A stretch of DNA of 61,847 nucleotides, filler included, from a bacterium (GCA_013360215.1; 7 parts of 7 records of this genome joined end to end with filler, not necessarily neighbours in it), one strand, 5' to 3'; shown: positions 41,999-53,351, counted from the first letter of the whole stretch. Notes: generated by a model from the sequence alone, not told the origin. A program made the numbers and translations.

Positions 41999-43420
41999 AT
42001 GATTCAAAACGCGATAATAATTGCAATAAAATCAACAAACGACGCACCGGATTTTGATACGTTGTACGGCGGAGAGACGTTGATCGGGCGGGCGCTAGTG
42101 GCGATGAGTAAATCCGGCATGAAATATGTAACGATAATATGCCGAATGTCGGATCGTACACTCATTGAACGTTGTGTTAAAGAAGTGGATGCCGAACGCA
42201 TCAGTGTATCTCCTACGATCCATAGTATGGATGATGACGTAAATTTAAGTAAAGCCGTTAATGAGATTACAAAATCATCAGAAAGCACATGGATGCTGAT
42301 GACATATGATAAAATCATTCATCCGACTTTCATTTTGCCGGTACGCGAATGCGTACAAACGCCGGCATTGATTACGTATAACGGCGTTATGCGTCAAGGG
42401 GATAAGGTTATTTTTGGCGAAGAGATGGCGCCCAAGTTTCAAACCCAATTTCAGGATGTTTCGATTTTTGATATGGTATCTGTACAGGATAATAAAGTGA
42501 AAACATGGAATACAGCCGACGCGCCGCACTTCTCAGCCGGAATTTTAGTCGCTCGTAACGCGGATCTTGTTTTAGCAGAAACTTGGCAAAGTATATCTGA
42601 ACTCATAAAGTTTTTTATAACGAAAGAATTATTGAAAACGGTTTCTGTCAGCAACGGTTGGTGTATGCCGGTCAATAAATCTATTCCACCGTCGGTAATA
42701 AAAAACGTTTTTTGGAAAATGGCTTTTAAAGAAATCAGCGGAGAATTTTCTAAAGCTGTGAATAGTAAACTATCCAAACCGCTTACATTTTGGTTTAGCG
42801 CGCACCAGTACAAACCGGATACGATCAGTAATATGTCGCTCGTGCTTTTTATTGTAGCGTCGGGGTTTTTGTTAATACCGGAATACTGGGCTATGGTCGT
42901 TTTTGCCGTAGTTTGGCAGTTTTCAGCCGGCGTGCTGGATCGTTGCGATGGCGAAGTGGCACGTATGCGTAATCATGAATCCGAGGCCGGCGGAAAATTT
43001 GACATGATCGTGGATGACTTACGATTTGCTCTACCTCTGATGGCGTTAGGTGTGGCGTGTTCCCTGGAATTACCGGATGTGCGATACGCCATTGTAGCTG
43101 CGATCACGCTTGCGGGGAGTTTTGCTATTACATTCTTTGAACAAGCTACAATGCGCCGTTTTGGTTATGTGAGTCGCCAAAAACTGAACGTAGATTATCT
43201 GAAAGCCAAAGGTGATACCAGCCGCTTCAGCACCACAATGAAAAAACTCCAACCCGTATTCAAAGGTGATATTCGTACTTTTTATGTGTTTTTGCTGACT
43301 TTTCTCGGCGAGAAAACCATTATTTTTTGGGTATTAGTGTTTTATCATGTATTTGTAAGCGCTCTTGCTTTATTCGGTGCGCTGACGTTTCCGCGATTAA
43401 TAGCGAAAATGAAAAAGTGA
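41999..43420 (+). CDS. Nucleotidyltransferase-like / CDP-alcohol phosphotransferase fusion 3 (IPCT/DIPPS-like architecture)
   Basis: MIQNAIIIA...YGGETLIGRAL...SGMK; complete motif LDRCDGEVARMRNHESEAGGKFDMIVDD. Confidence 0.87.
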   Translation: MIQNAIIIAIKSTNDAPDFDTLYGGETLIGRALVAMSKSGMKYVTIICRMSDRTLIERCVKEVDAERISVSPTIHSMDDDVNLSKAVNEITKSSESTWMLMTYDKIIHPTFILPVRECVQTPALITYNGVMRQGDKVIFGEEMAPKFQTQFQDVSIFDMVSVQDNKVKTWNTADAPHFSAGILVARNADLVLAETWQSISELIKFFITKELLKTVSVSNGWCMPVNKSIPPSVIKNVFWKMAFKEISGEFSKAVNSKLSKPLTFWFSAHQYKPDTISNMSLVLFIVASGFLLIPEYWAMVVFAVVWQFSAGVLDRCDGEVARMRNHESEAGGKFDMIVDDLRFALPLMALGVACSLELPDVRYAIVAAITLAGSFAITFFEQATMRRFGYVSRQKLNVDYLKAKGDTSRFSTTMKKLQPVFKGDIRTFYVFLLTFLGEKTIIFWVLVFYHVFVSALALFGALTFPRLIAKMKK

Positions 43421-43544
43421 AATTATTCATCTTATTTGATTGGAAAACAGTTTACCCCCTTTTAATATGAGGATGCGTCAATTTATAGTTTCTTTTAAAA
43501 TACCGGTTAATACATAAAAGTATGAAAACAAAGTGAGGGGATAT

Positions 43545-44088
43545 ATGCGCTTCATGCAAGGTGTAATATTTACATTGAGTGCGTTGATGGTGATCGTGTG
43601 GATGGAGCCGGTTTCAAAGGCCGAAGCAGGTGGTGATTCTATTTTGATAGAAGATTTTACTTCGTCCAATACGGGTCAATTTCCGAAAGGTTGGGGATGG
43701 TTGGACGGGACGTCGGTTAAAAAGATAAATGAAGCTAAACCCGGTGAAGTACCGTATGTGGTGATGGAAGAAAACGGTAATAAATTTTTACGTGCTGATG
43801 ACAAAGGACAAGCTATCACGATCGTGTCTGATAAAAAATGGAATATCAAAAAATATCAATGCATCCAATGGCGTTGGCGTGTCAATCAATTTCCTACCGG
43901 GGCCAATGAATATGCCAAAGGCAAAACTGATAACGCGGCCAGCCTGTATATCAGTTATTATGTGAGTTTTATCGGCATACCGCGCAGTATCAAGTATATT
44001 TGGAGTAATACGCTTCCGGAATGCGAAACTTTCCGAAAAGATGGTACAGGAAAGGCGACGAATATAGTCGTGGAAAGCGGCACCTCCA
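43545..44088 (+). CDS. DUF3047-family secreted protein, 3' truncated
   Basis: Signal peptide; WRWRVNQFP.GA.E..K..TDNAASLYI...IKYIWSNTLP...IVVESG. Confidence 0.75.
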
Positions 44089-44188
44089 NNNNNNNNNNNN
44101 NNNNNNNNNNNNNNNNNNNNNNNNNNNNNNNNTTAATTAATTAANNNNNNNNNNNNNNNNNNNNNNNNNNNNNNNNNNNNNNNNNNNN
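44089..44188. other. Artificial contig linker
   Basis: N44-TTAATTAATTAA-N44. Confidence 0.98.
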
Positions 44189-45358
44189 GCTGTTCACAAC
44201 CAGCGTGTCACGGCTTATGCCAAACACTGTCGGAGCGAATTGTACATCCACATAAAGCGTATCGCCGCTAAACAATGTATCCGGCAAACTCATACTACCG
44301 ATTTCAAAATACGCACTCATATTCGTCACGCCTTGCACGATCACCGCACCGCCTGTAGCATAAAGTTTGATGTTCGCTTGCGCGCTATCGCTTACAGCGA
44401 CATTACCAAAATCATAACTTGACGGTATCGCCACCAGTGTACCCGGCACGCCAATACCATCCAGTGTTATATTCATACCACCGTTAGTCGCATTGCTGCT
44501 AACACGCAGCGTATCCGTTTCGATACCAAAGACACCTGCATTATACTGTATCGTTACACTCAGTGTATCGCCTGCGTACAACGTCGAAGGCCCTGTCGCC
44601 GATACTACCTGGAATGCCGGACCGGCCAGCGTACTGCTTACCGTTACGGCACCACCCTGACTGTAAAACTTGATCGTCTGCTGTGCATTCTGACCAACCT
44701 GTACATTACCAAAATTCAGCGCTCCGCTACTCGCCAGCAGCGTGCCTGATGCACCTGTACCTGAGAATGCTACAGTATATGTTGATGCGAACGAGTTATT
44801 CGTAAGCTTCAGTGTGTCCAGAGTCGTCGTAAACGTCGTCGGTTTATAACGTATCGTATACACCAACGTATCACCGCTGAAAAGAACACTCGGACCACTC
44901 TCCGAAACAATCGTATAACCGCCGCCATTGAGTGCGCTGCCGCTTACGGCGACTGCACCACCATTGCTGGCCAGTTTGATCACCGCATCCATACTATCAC
45001 CTACAGCCACATTGCCAAAATCATAACTTGAAGGCAATGCCACCAGAGTTCCCGACACGCCTGTACCTGAGAGCGCGACCGTATATGTCGAAGTTACCGA
45101 GTTATTCGTAATCTTCAACGTATCGAGAGTCGTCGTAAACGTCGTCGGTTTATAGCGTATCGTATATACCAGCGTATCACCTGAATACAATGTTGATGGG
45201 CCGATCGAAGATACGATCGAATAACCGCCACCATTGAGTGCAGTGCCGCTCACTGCAACCGCACCACCATTGCTGGCCAGCTTAATCACCGCATCCATAC
45301 TATCGCCTACGGCTACATTACCAAAATCATAACTTGAAGGCAATGCAACCAAAGTTCC
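44189..45358 (-). repeat. Intragenic tandem repeats of 303-306 bp (Ig-like domains)
   Basis: Units begin at 45358, 45052, 44746 and 44443 (GTLVALPSSYDFGNVAVGDS...). The first two units are nearly identical in protein. Confidence 0.9.
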
Positions 45359-48300
45359 CGGGATACCTGTGCCCAAAAGCTCTACCATCAGCGGAGATGA
45401 ATTCTGACCATTGTGATTGACCGATATCGTATCGCGTTCAATTCCAAACACATTAGCATGATATTTTGCATACACCCGCATAGTGTCAGTCAAACCGAGA
45501 AACGTAGGACCGCTAACGGAATCAATATCAAACGAGCCACCGGCCAACATCGATGGCATACCGCTGATCAGCACGTTACCGCTTACAGCAAACAATTTAA
45601 CTTCCGTTATGGATGAAGAGTCACCGACAGGAATATTACCAAAGTCGGGATTGACCACAAAGGCACCCAATGTACCGGAAACACCCGTGCCATAAACTGC
45701 AACATGTGTTATTGATTCGTCGGCATCATTGCTTATAATGGTGACCGAATCTGCATAACTGCTAAATCCATCCGGCAAGAAACGAACAACCAGTTTGACA
45801 GAATCGCCCGGAGTTAATGTGAGATTATTGGGCAGGGTATCCACAATTGTAAATTGGGGACTCCCGCTCTCAATTGAAAGCGAAGTAATATCCAGAGCGC
45901 CGGCGCCAATATTTTTTACAAATACTGTATCTATCTGACCGTTACCACTCAATATCCCGCCGTAATCTAAGTACGTGCCGGTCAAAGTATATACGACGAT
46001 CTCCGGTTGCGGTGCAAATGGCATCGAAAACGCCGAGGTACCCTGCGCACTATCCTGCATAGCCGTAATCGCAGTACCTGCAGGAATATTTACTTTCAAC
46101 GACCAGTCGCCAGACGCATTGGCCGTCGTCGTACCAAGGGTAAAGCGACCTTGGTTAGCGGAATCAGCAAACACCTGAATAAAGGCGTTAGGTGAAGCCT
46201 TGCCATACACGGTCGAATCCGTTCCGACAGAAGTAATCTGCGGGGGCACGATATCGCTTTGAGTACCTGTTTCTAAATAGAAGCCATTACCGTTTCCAAA
46301 AATCACATTATCGCGCACAATGATACTGTCCGTTCCAGAATTCAGCATCGCAATCGCATTGGTGCTGCTATAGGCGATTGTGTTTCCGATGATCGAATCG
46401 CGCGATGCTCCGCTGCTAAGATTGATAGCGTCGCTGGTATTGCCCAGATTTTCCGTACCTGTTACATCCGTACCTATATAGTTACCCTGAATTTTGTTTT
46501 CAGCACTCTTGATAATCCACACACCATAGTTGGCAGACGCTGAAATTATATTCCGTTCAGCCGCCGTAGCGCCGCCGATCAGATTAAGTCGGGGTGAACC
46601 GGAACCGCCTTCATTAATTGTAACTCCGACACCGTTACCGATTGCCGCCATTCCATTGATATCGGTTCCGATAAAATTACCTTGGACAAGATTGGAATCC
46701 GATCCCAAATTGGTAATTTCAACGCCGCTATACGTGTTACCAGAAATCACGTTTCGTGCTCCGGCAACCGTACCGCCGATCCGATTTGCATGAGCACTAT
46801 TGAGTACCACTCCGGATCCGTTGGATATCGCTGCATTACCTGCAGCGTTCGTTCCGATCAGATTACCTTGTATGATTTGCCCGCGCGTACCAATATTACC
46901 TACGACTACAGCAGCACCATTGTTACCGGATATTACGTTACCGGCTCCCGGCAATGTGCCGCCAACGACGTTATCATGCGCTTGATTGAGAATGAATATG
47001 CCGCTCTGCGTATTGCCCAAATCAACATTTCCGTTTATATCGGTACCGATATAATTACCTTGTACCACGTTATACGCAGAGAATCCCTGCATCATAATAC
47101 CGCTGTTACCATTTCCGGAAATAACATTGCGATGATTGGATGTCAATCCACCTATCGTGGTATGCATGGAATTATTATCAAGTGCAATACCCCACGAACC
47201 ATTGCCGAGATCAGACGTACCGTTGATGTCCGTTCCGATGAGGTTTCCCCAAACGTAATTGGAATCTGTGCCCGCATCCGTAATGAGAATACCGGTATTA
47301 GTATTACCGGAGATGACGTTTTGATTTACGCCAAGGGTATCACCGATCTCATTGTATTTGGAACCGCCGATTAAAGAAATACCGATGAGGTTAGGATAAC
47401 CGATGATACCGGACGCATCCGTTCCGACCAAATTATCTTGTACCTTATTATAAGAACTACCGGCAATCAATATACCCGACTGCGGATGATTGGAAATCAC
47501 ATTACCGATGATCTGACTTCCACCGCCGGCATCTAAAGCAATACCGTGATAGTTATTGGGGATCGTAGAATTATCCGAACCGATACCGATGCGATTACCG
47601 CGAATCGTATTAAGAGGACCCGCCGCATAAATACCAGTACTGTCATTGCCGGCGATAATATTACTATCGACAGTCGCCATCGCAAAAATATACACACCCA
47701 AATCTTGATTACCCAATCCGATGGTTCCGGTAGCATCCGTACCGATACGGTTATTACGTATCACCCAGTTAGCACCGGTCGAACCAACACCACCCCAAGC
47801 ATTGTTATAGATCGTACTATTGATCACGGAGTCATTACTCGTTTGGCCGATGATACCATAACGCTGAGCATTACGAACTGTGAGGTTTTCAGCTTTACTG
47901 TTATTACCTGTAAGGCCTGCATCATCAAAGAAAATTCCAAAACGCGCCTGTGCCGAACCGTTTTGTGCATCCAGCGTCATATTTCGAATCGTTACGTTCG
48001 GTGATTGAACACTAAATATTGTATTATCGCCAAATGGGAATGACACGCTCACCTGTACCGTATTATTATTTGTTTCACCGTCAATAACAACCGGTCCCGA
48101 AGCATCATTGATCTCCAGATCCGAATCAATGAGTATTGTAGCATTGGAAATTGCAAAACGAATGCTATCAGCGCCTGGCAATGATGCAGCGGCGGCAATC
48201 GCTGCGCGCAACGATCCATCACCTGCGTCAGCCGTGTTTTTAACAAGTAGGGGATCAAAATCAGCAGAAACATCGGCTGAATAGCCTCCCGCCTGACCGG

Positions 48301-50224
48301 CACTGTCCAAAGCGCTTACACGGTAATAATAAATATTACCGACCACTGCATTCACATCAACAAACGCCGTATCTCCGGCGGCTGTCTGATCAATCGAATC
48401 CGTAAGGGACGGAATAAATCCGGGCGTGGTGCTCCGATAAATAATGTATTTCTCCAGATCCGTCTCAGAATTGTGATGCCACGTCAATCTCACTGAATCC
48501 GGGAAAAACGTCGTAGCCGAAATCCCGGCCACAGTCGCTGGCGCCATCGCCGCCGAAGTTACAAAATCAGCGCCATTAACTAGGTTGCCGTTGTATGCAT
48601 TGGGTGAGGCATCAAGAGCTGTAGTCGAAGCAGACGGTTCATCCAAATGATAAAGCGCTACAAGCCCTACTTCATCGCCGCGATACGGTTTGGCCAAGCC
48701 GGAGGTGATTTGTGCTGGTGCCAGCGCATAATTCCAAATTGACAATTCATCAATCTGACCGTCGAAAGTTCCCCATCCGTTATTATAACCGCCGATCCAT
48801 GCGTTGACGCTTGAAATAGTTCGCGCATATGCACCGTTGGCCTGTTCAACGCCATTCACGTAGAGTCGGGCCATGCTTCCATCAAGCGTTAAAGCCACAT
48901 GGGTCCACGCATTGATCGGAATCTGCCCCGATGATGTGGATACAGCACCTGATGGGAAGCCGTATTCATAGTATAATGTACCATCCGGCAAAAGCCCCAA
49001 TGCAAAGCCGTCTTCATTGGTACCGGAACTTCCACGATTAGACCAAATGGCGTGTTGTTGAGCCGAAGAGGGGTTTATCCAAGCGGCTATCGTCATAGAA
49101 GTATTTTCAAAAGTGCTAGGCAACGCAACAAATTCAGAGTTCCCAGCCTCAAGAGCCAGCGCATTGCCGGATTCAACAACTGGAACGGCGGCATCTTGAA
49201 TCGAATAATTTCCAATTTGTCCCGCACTGTCTTCACCCGTAACTCGGAAGTAGTACATCTGCCCGTTTACTAAACCCGTTGCAGTAAAGGTAGTGTCGTT
49301 GACATCACCGTCTGTCGTTGTACCGATATCCGTTGTTGGGTTAGCCGTGATGCCGCTATAAACATGGTAACGGAAGAAATCGGCATCTGTATTTTTGTTC
49401 CACTTGAGTTCAACTTGACCATTATGCGCAATCGCATATACCCCGGAAGGTGCTACAGGAGCCATGGCGCCGGAAGTTACAAATACAGCATCACCGGCCA
49501 AAATTCCATTATTTATCCCATTAGACCCATCATAACTTGTGGTACCTGTCGCTTCGTCAAAGTGCCATAGACCAACAAGATTCGGTTCATCACCTCTGTA
49601 TGACCTATCTTTCGCAGATTGTATCTGCGCTTGAGAAAACGCAGTATTCCAAATACTAACTTCATCAATTTCACCATTAAAAAACTCGCTAGGGCTTCCG
49701 CCATACGAAGAAGCGCCGATCTTGTGTCTGTTTGCAGTGCTATTAAAAAGTATATTACCTGTTGTAGGCACTGTACCTATTAGGATTCCATTCTTGTACA
49801 GTCTTTTTGAGGTGCCGTCATATGTTGCTACAATATGATGCCACTTGCCCATAAATTCAGTCGGATCAATAACGATATCCAATTCGTTGTAACCCCCACC
49901 AGTATTTAGACCGAAGGTAAGCGTATTACCCGACTGAAATGATAATAACCAATCCGGTGTGGATCCTGAAAGCGGATCTTGCCTTACAATTTCGTAATAA
50001 CCGTTTACAGCATTCGGTTTGATCCATGCTTGAATCGTAATCTGGTTACTTGAACTCAGATTAATTTCATTGATGGACACATAATCGCCAGCACCATCCA
50101 ATACCAACGCATTTCCGGCTTCTATAACCGGCACGACCGCATCTTCATTGGAGAATGCGCTAACCGAATTGCCCGGCCCAACAGCTGAGACTCGGAAGTA
50201 ATACTGCGTGCCATTGGAAAGAGC
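44189..50224 (-). CDS. Internal fragment of a giant surface protein/adhesin (FN3, two LamG, beta-helix module, tandem ASH/choice-of-anchor-D-like Ig repeats)
   Basis: The frame is open across the whole contig (2012 codons). Upstream of the tracked GTG at 50134 it reads ALSNGTQYYFRVSAVG (an FN3 end), so neither start nor stop is present. Confidence 0.88.
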
Positions 50225-50324
50225 NNNNNNNNNNNNNNNNNNNNNNNNNNNNNNNNNNNNNNNNNNNNTTAATTAATTAANNNNNNNNNNNNNNNNNNNN
50301 NNNNNNNNNNNNNNNNNNNNNNNN
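50225..50324. other. Artificial contig linker
   Basis: N44-TTAATTAATTAA-N44. Confidence 0.98.
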
Positions 50325-50383
50325 TAATAATCAGTTTTTGAAATATAATGAAATTACCAATCGACCGACGAAATTTTACGAAA

Positions 50384-50413
50384 TTTACAACCAACCCTCG
50401 GGTTGGTTGTAAA
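50384..50413. promoter_or_regulatory. Perfect 14-bp inverted repeat, candidate operator
   Basis: TTTACAACCAACCC-TC-GGGTTGGTTGTAAA. Confidence 0.45.
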
Positions 50414-50464
50414 ACAACAAAACCGGACATTTCTACTTTGCCTTGACATAAAGGGAAAAAAAAC

Positions 50465-50493
50465 TTGACTTTTTTGAGTCCGAACGCTATTAT
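50465..50493 (+). promoter_or_regulatory. Sigma70 promoter of tRNA-Asn
   Basis: TTGACT, 17 bp spacer, TATTAT; A-rich UP-like tract upstream; ends 19 bp before the tRNA. Confidence 0.75.
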
Positions 50494-50512
50494 TGCCCCG
50501 TTCGATGAACAC

Positions 50513-50586
<74 letters not shown>

Positions 50587-50587
<1 letters not shown>

Positions 50588-50620
50588 AACCCGCGTACTT
50601 GCATTAGGTATGCGGGTTTT
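50587..50620 (+). terminator. Intrinsic terminator after tRNA-Asn
   Basis: AAACCCGCGTAC...GTATGCGGGTTTT hairpin followed by a T-rich tract. Confidence 0.7.
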
Positions 50621-50654
50621 CTATTTTGTGCCAACATTTTTTGAAAGCATCGTT

Positions 50655-51911
50655 ATGCGAAAATCGTTGTTAGGTTTTTGGACATTATTCATCATTCCCA
50701 TTTCATTATATAGTCAGTTGACCGGATTTCATCTATACGAAAAAGACGGTGTTTATAATGTTTCACCCTGGCTCCGTTACGACCGCGCATCCGGATTTTT
50801 TACCGGTTTGACGGGCGATTATTTTTTTATAGAACGCCTCAAAATGCACGGTGAAGGAGGATACGCTTGGGCGGCGCGAAAACCCGATTACCACCTCCGA
50901 TTACAGCAGAGCTTTATTTCAGATAATACGGAATATAGTATCGCTGCGGCATATTTTGATAAAGCCGATACGCGCGATCGGATGGTTTTACCGGAATGGC
51001 AAAATTCTTTGACATCCGTAGTGGCCAAACGCGATTATTATGATTGGTATCGCATCAAAGGCGGAAACTTTGAAATGCGTACCGATATTTCCGGTACACT
51101 CAAAATCACCATATCTGGAACCTGGCAACAGTATCGCAATACCGATGTAAATGCGCGATGGAGCATGTTTGATTGGGGTGCGAAAAAGAACAATGGCCAC
51201 GCGCGATTTCGTATAAATCCGGAAATTCCCGAAGGGCGTGATGTGTCACTCGGTACGGCGATCGAATTGGACACCCGGCCTTCGCCTTTGGCATCTGTGA
51301 GCGCATGGTTGATACACAGCGACTATGCCAATGCCCGTTTACTGCACAAAGCGTTCAATTCGGATTTTTCATACCAGCGTGGGAGCCTGACTATTACGCG
51401 CCAACAGCGCATGTTTGGAAAACAAAAATGGACATTCTACGGCGCCTATGACGGTTTTTCAGGGAACACCGTCATTCAAAAAGACTCTTCCTCGTCGCTT
51501 ACTTACGGCCAGTTTTTATACGATGCCGGCGGCTTAGGCAGTCTGCGCGGATATGGTTATAAGGAATTTTCGGACGGCAATCGGCGCATGCTTTTCCAGA
51601 GTGAATACTATTTTAATGGTTCTTTTTTGCCGCAAACTCCCCTCACCAAAATATGGGGCCTGGGTTTTATATTTAAAACATTTGACCTGATGTTATTTTG
51701 GGATATCGGCCACGCATGGCAAGCCTCGGAAAAAGTCATGTATTTCGTACCCGATGGTTTTCATTGGAGAGATATGAGATCATCTGCAGGCGGTGGTTTG
51801 GCCGTATCGGATTGGATCAAAATACAATATGCTTACGTTTTAAAAGACGGTATCCGAACCCATCGAGGAAATTACGGAATCTATTTCCAATTCACACCCA
51901 AGCTAAAATAA
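50655..51911 (+). CDS. Outer-membrane beta-barrel protein (BamA/TamA-like surface antigen domain)
   Basis: Signal peptide; GGLGSLRGYGYKEF (Omp85 loop-6-like motif); FWDIGHAW; C-terminal amphipathic strand. Start taken at ATG 50655. Confidence 0.7.
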   Translation: MRKSLLGFWTLFIIPISLYSQLTGFHLYEKDGVYNVSPWLRYDRASGFFTGLTGDYFFIERLKMHGEGGYAWAARKPDYHLRLQQSFISDNTEYSIAAAYFDKADTRDRMVLPEWQNSLTSVVAKRDYYDWYRIKGGNFEMRTDISGTLKITISGTWQQYRNTDVNARWSMFDWGAKKNNGHARFRINPEIPEGRDVSLGTAIELDTRPSPLASVSAWLIHSDYANARLLHKAFNSDFSYQRGSLTITRQQRMFGKQKWTFYGAYDGFSGNTVIQKDSSSSLTYGQFLYDAGGLGSLRGYGYKEFSDGNRRMLFQSEYYFNGSFLPQTPLTKIWGLGFIFKTFDLMLFWDIGHAWQASEKVMYFVPDGFHWRDMRSSAGGGLAVSDWIKIQYAYVLKDGIRTHRGNYGIYFQFTPKLK

Positions 51912-51916
51912 TCGCT

Positions 51917-52648
51917 ATGATAGACAGCCAGTATTTTTTTGTCCGGCCGCAGGATGTGTATGCCGATCATTTGGTTCTGCGAGATGACGAATCGCAACAC
52001 TGCGTCAAAGTGTTGCGCAAAGCGCCCGGAGATCGTTTCTATGCGATAGACGGATTGGGGCACGAATTTACAGTTGCATTGGAACATTCCGATAAAACAT
52101 CAGCCCACTGCCGTATTCTTTCGACAGCGAGTAAACCCCGCGAACTCGGATTTGAAATCACACTGGTACAGGCTTTGATCAAAAAAGATCATTTTGACCT
52201 CGTGGTGGAAAAAGTGACCGAACTTGGCGTACATCGTATCATCCCCGTCAAGACGCGACGTTCTCTGCCGGAGGCAGGCCACACAAAAATAGAACGTTGG
52301 CACAAAATCGCATTGACGGCCATGAAACAATCGCGGCGAAGCCTTATGCCGGAAATAACGCCCGTTTCAGATTTAAACTCCGTATTGCGAAGGTACGCGG
52401 ATCGCCCCGTTCAAAAAATTTTTCTGCATGAATCTTCCGAACAACCTCTGGATCCAAACGGAATAAATTTTGCGAAAGCGTGCGATACCATAATCGTCGT
52501 TGGTCCGGAGGGCGGGTTTACGGACGAAGAAGCCGCTAGGGCCGCAGAGTATGGATTCCAAAGTTTTTCGCTAGGCTTACGCCGTTTGCGTGCTGAAACG
52601 GCAAGCATTTGTGGTGTAGGTCTTTTTTCAATGTTTGCACACCCGTAA
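51917..52648 (+). CDS. rsmE: 16S rRNA (uracil1498-N3)-methyltransferase
   Basis: HCVKVLR, EKVTELGV, AMKQSRR, VGPEGGFT, LGLRRLRAETA. True start at ATG 51917; the tracked ORF is over-extended. Confidence 0.95.
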   Translation: MIDSQYFFVRPQDVYADHLVLRDDESQHCVKVLRKAPGDRFYAIDGLGHEFTVALEHSDKTSAHCRILSTASKPRELGFEITLVQALIKKDHFDLVVEKVTELGVHRIIPVKTRRSLPEAGHTKIERWHKIALTAMKQSRRSLMPEITPVSDLNSVLRRYADRPVQKIFLHESSEQPLDPNGINFAKACDTIIVVGPEGGFTDEEAARAAEYGFQSFSLGLRRLRAETASICGVGLFSMFAHP

Positions 52649-52725
52649 AATATCTAAAAACGGGCTTTTAGGGGCATATATACCCGTAATCATGCCACTA
52701 TCAAGGCTTTATACGAAAATACATC

Positions 52726-52754
52726 TTGACAAAAGCCACTTCACGATATATATT
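52726..52754 (+). promoter_or_regulatory. Sigma70 promoter upstream of the HU gene
   Basis: TTGACA, 17 bp spacer, TATATT. Confidence 0.65.
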
Positions 52755-52934
52755 AATATCGTTACAAAAAAACGATCTGTTTTCGATTCGTAATCAAAAA
52801 CAGATGCTTCAAAAAAGTTCTTTTCCAATACTAAATTTCATTTCACGATCGCTCTCGATGGTTAGACTGCTTAAGTTTTGAGTGCGTATGATTAATCAAG
52901 TACGTGCTTTTCACCAAAAAAAGGAGTTCTAACC

Positions 52935-53213
52935 ATGACCAAAGCTGATCTCGTCGCCAAGATGGCGAAAGACGCTGATGTATCGAAAACCAAAGCCGAA
53001 AAATCTTTGGAATCATTCATCGAAGCGATCTCCATGTCCTTGAAAAAAGGCAAAGCTGTAACGCTCGTTGGTTTCGGCACATTTAGCGTGGCAAAACGTA
53101 AAGCCCGTACGGGTCGCAATCCCCAAACCGGCGCTACGATCAAAATTGCTGCGGCTAAAGTTCCGAAATTCAAAGCCGGCAAAGCCCTCAAGAACACGGT
53201 AAAAAAAGGTTAA
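52935..53213 (+). CDS. hup: DNA-binding protein HU
   Basis: MTKADLV...[23 protein letters not shown]...[19 protein letters not shown]. Confidence 0.97.
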   Translation: MTKADLVAKMAKDADVSKTKAEKSLESFIEAISMSLKKGKAVTLVGFGTFSVAKRKARTGRNPQTGATIKIAAAKVPKFKAGKALKNTVKKG

Positions 53214-53256
53214 TCGCTTTCACTCCCTCCGTAATAGGTGAAGAAAGCGGTCACCT

Positions 53257-53295
53257 AAAGTCTCTCGGATATACCGGGAGACTTTTTTATTTTTT
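53257..53295 (+). terminator. Intrinsic terminator after HU
   Basis: AAAGTCTCTCGG-ATATA-CCGGGAGACTTTTTTATTTTTT. Confidence 0.8.
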
Positions 53296-53351
53296 GGCTT
53301 GATTGCCTTACCCTCATCCCATACATTTTGCCGAATGGAAACTATGTTCTC

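Noticed and set aside
30701-50224. Reading the LarA operon as an island inserted into an adhesin gene
   Set aside because: The pieces are separate contigs ordered by size, so there is no evidence of physical adjacency.
51698-51916. 73-aa N-terminal extension of RsmE in the ORF track
   Set aside because: Overlaps the upstream outer-membrane protein gene in another frame; RsmE similarity begins at ATG 51917.
52892-53197. 101-aa minus-strand ORF opposite HU
   Set aside because: Antisense mirror of the conserved HU gene with no independent motifs.
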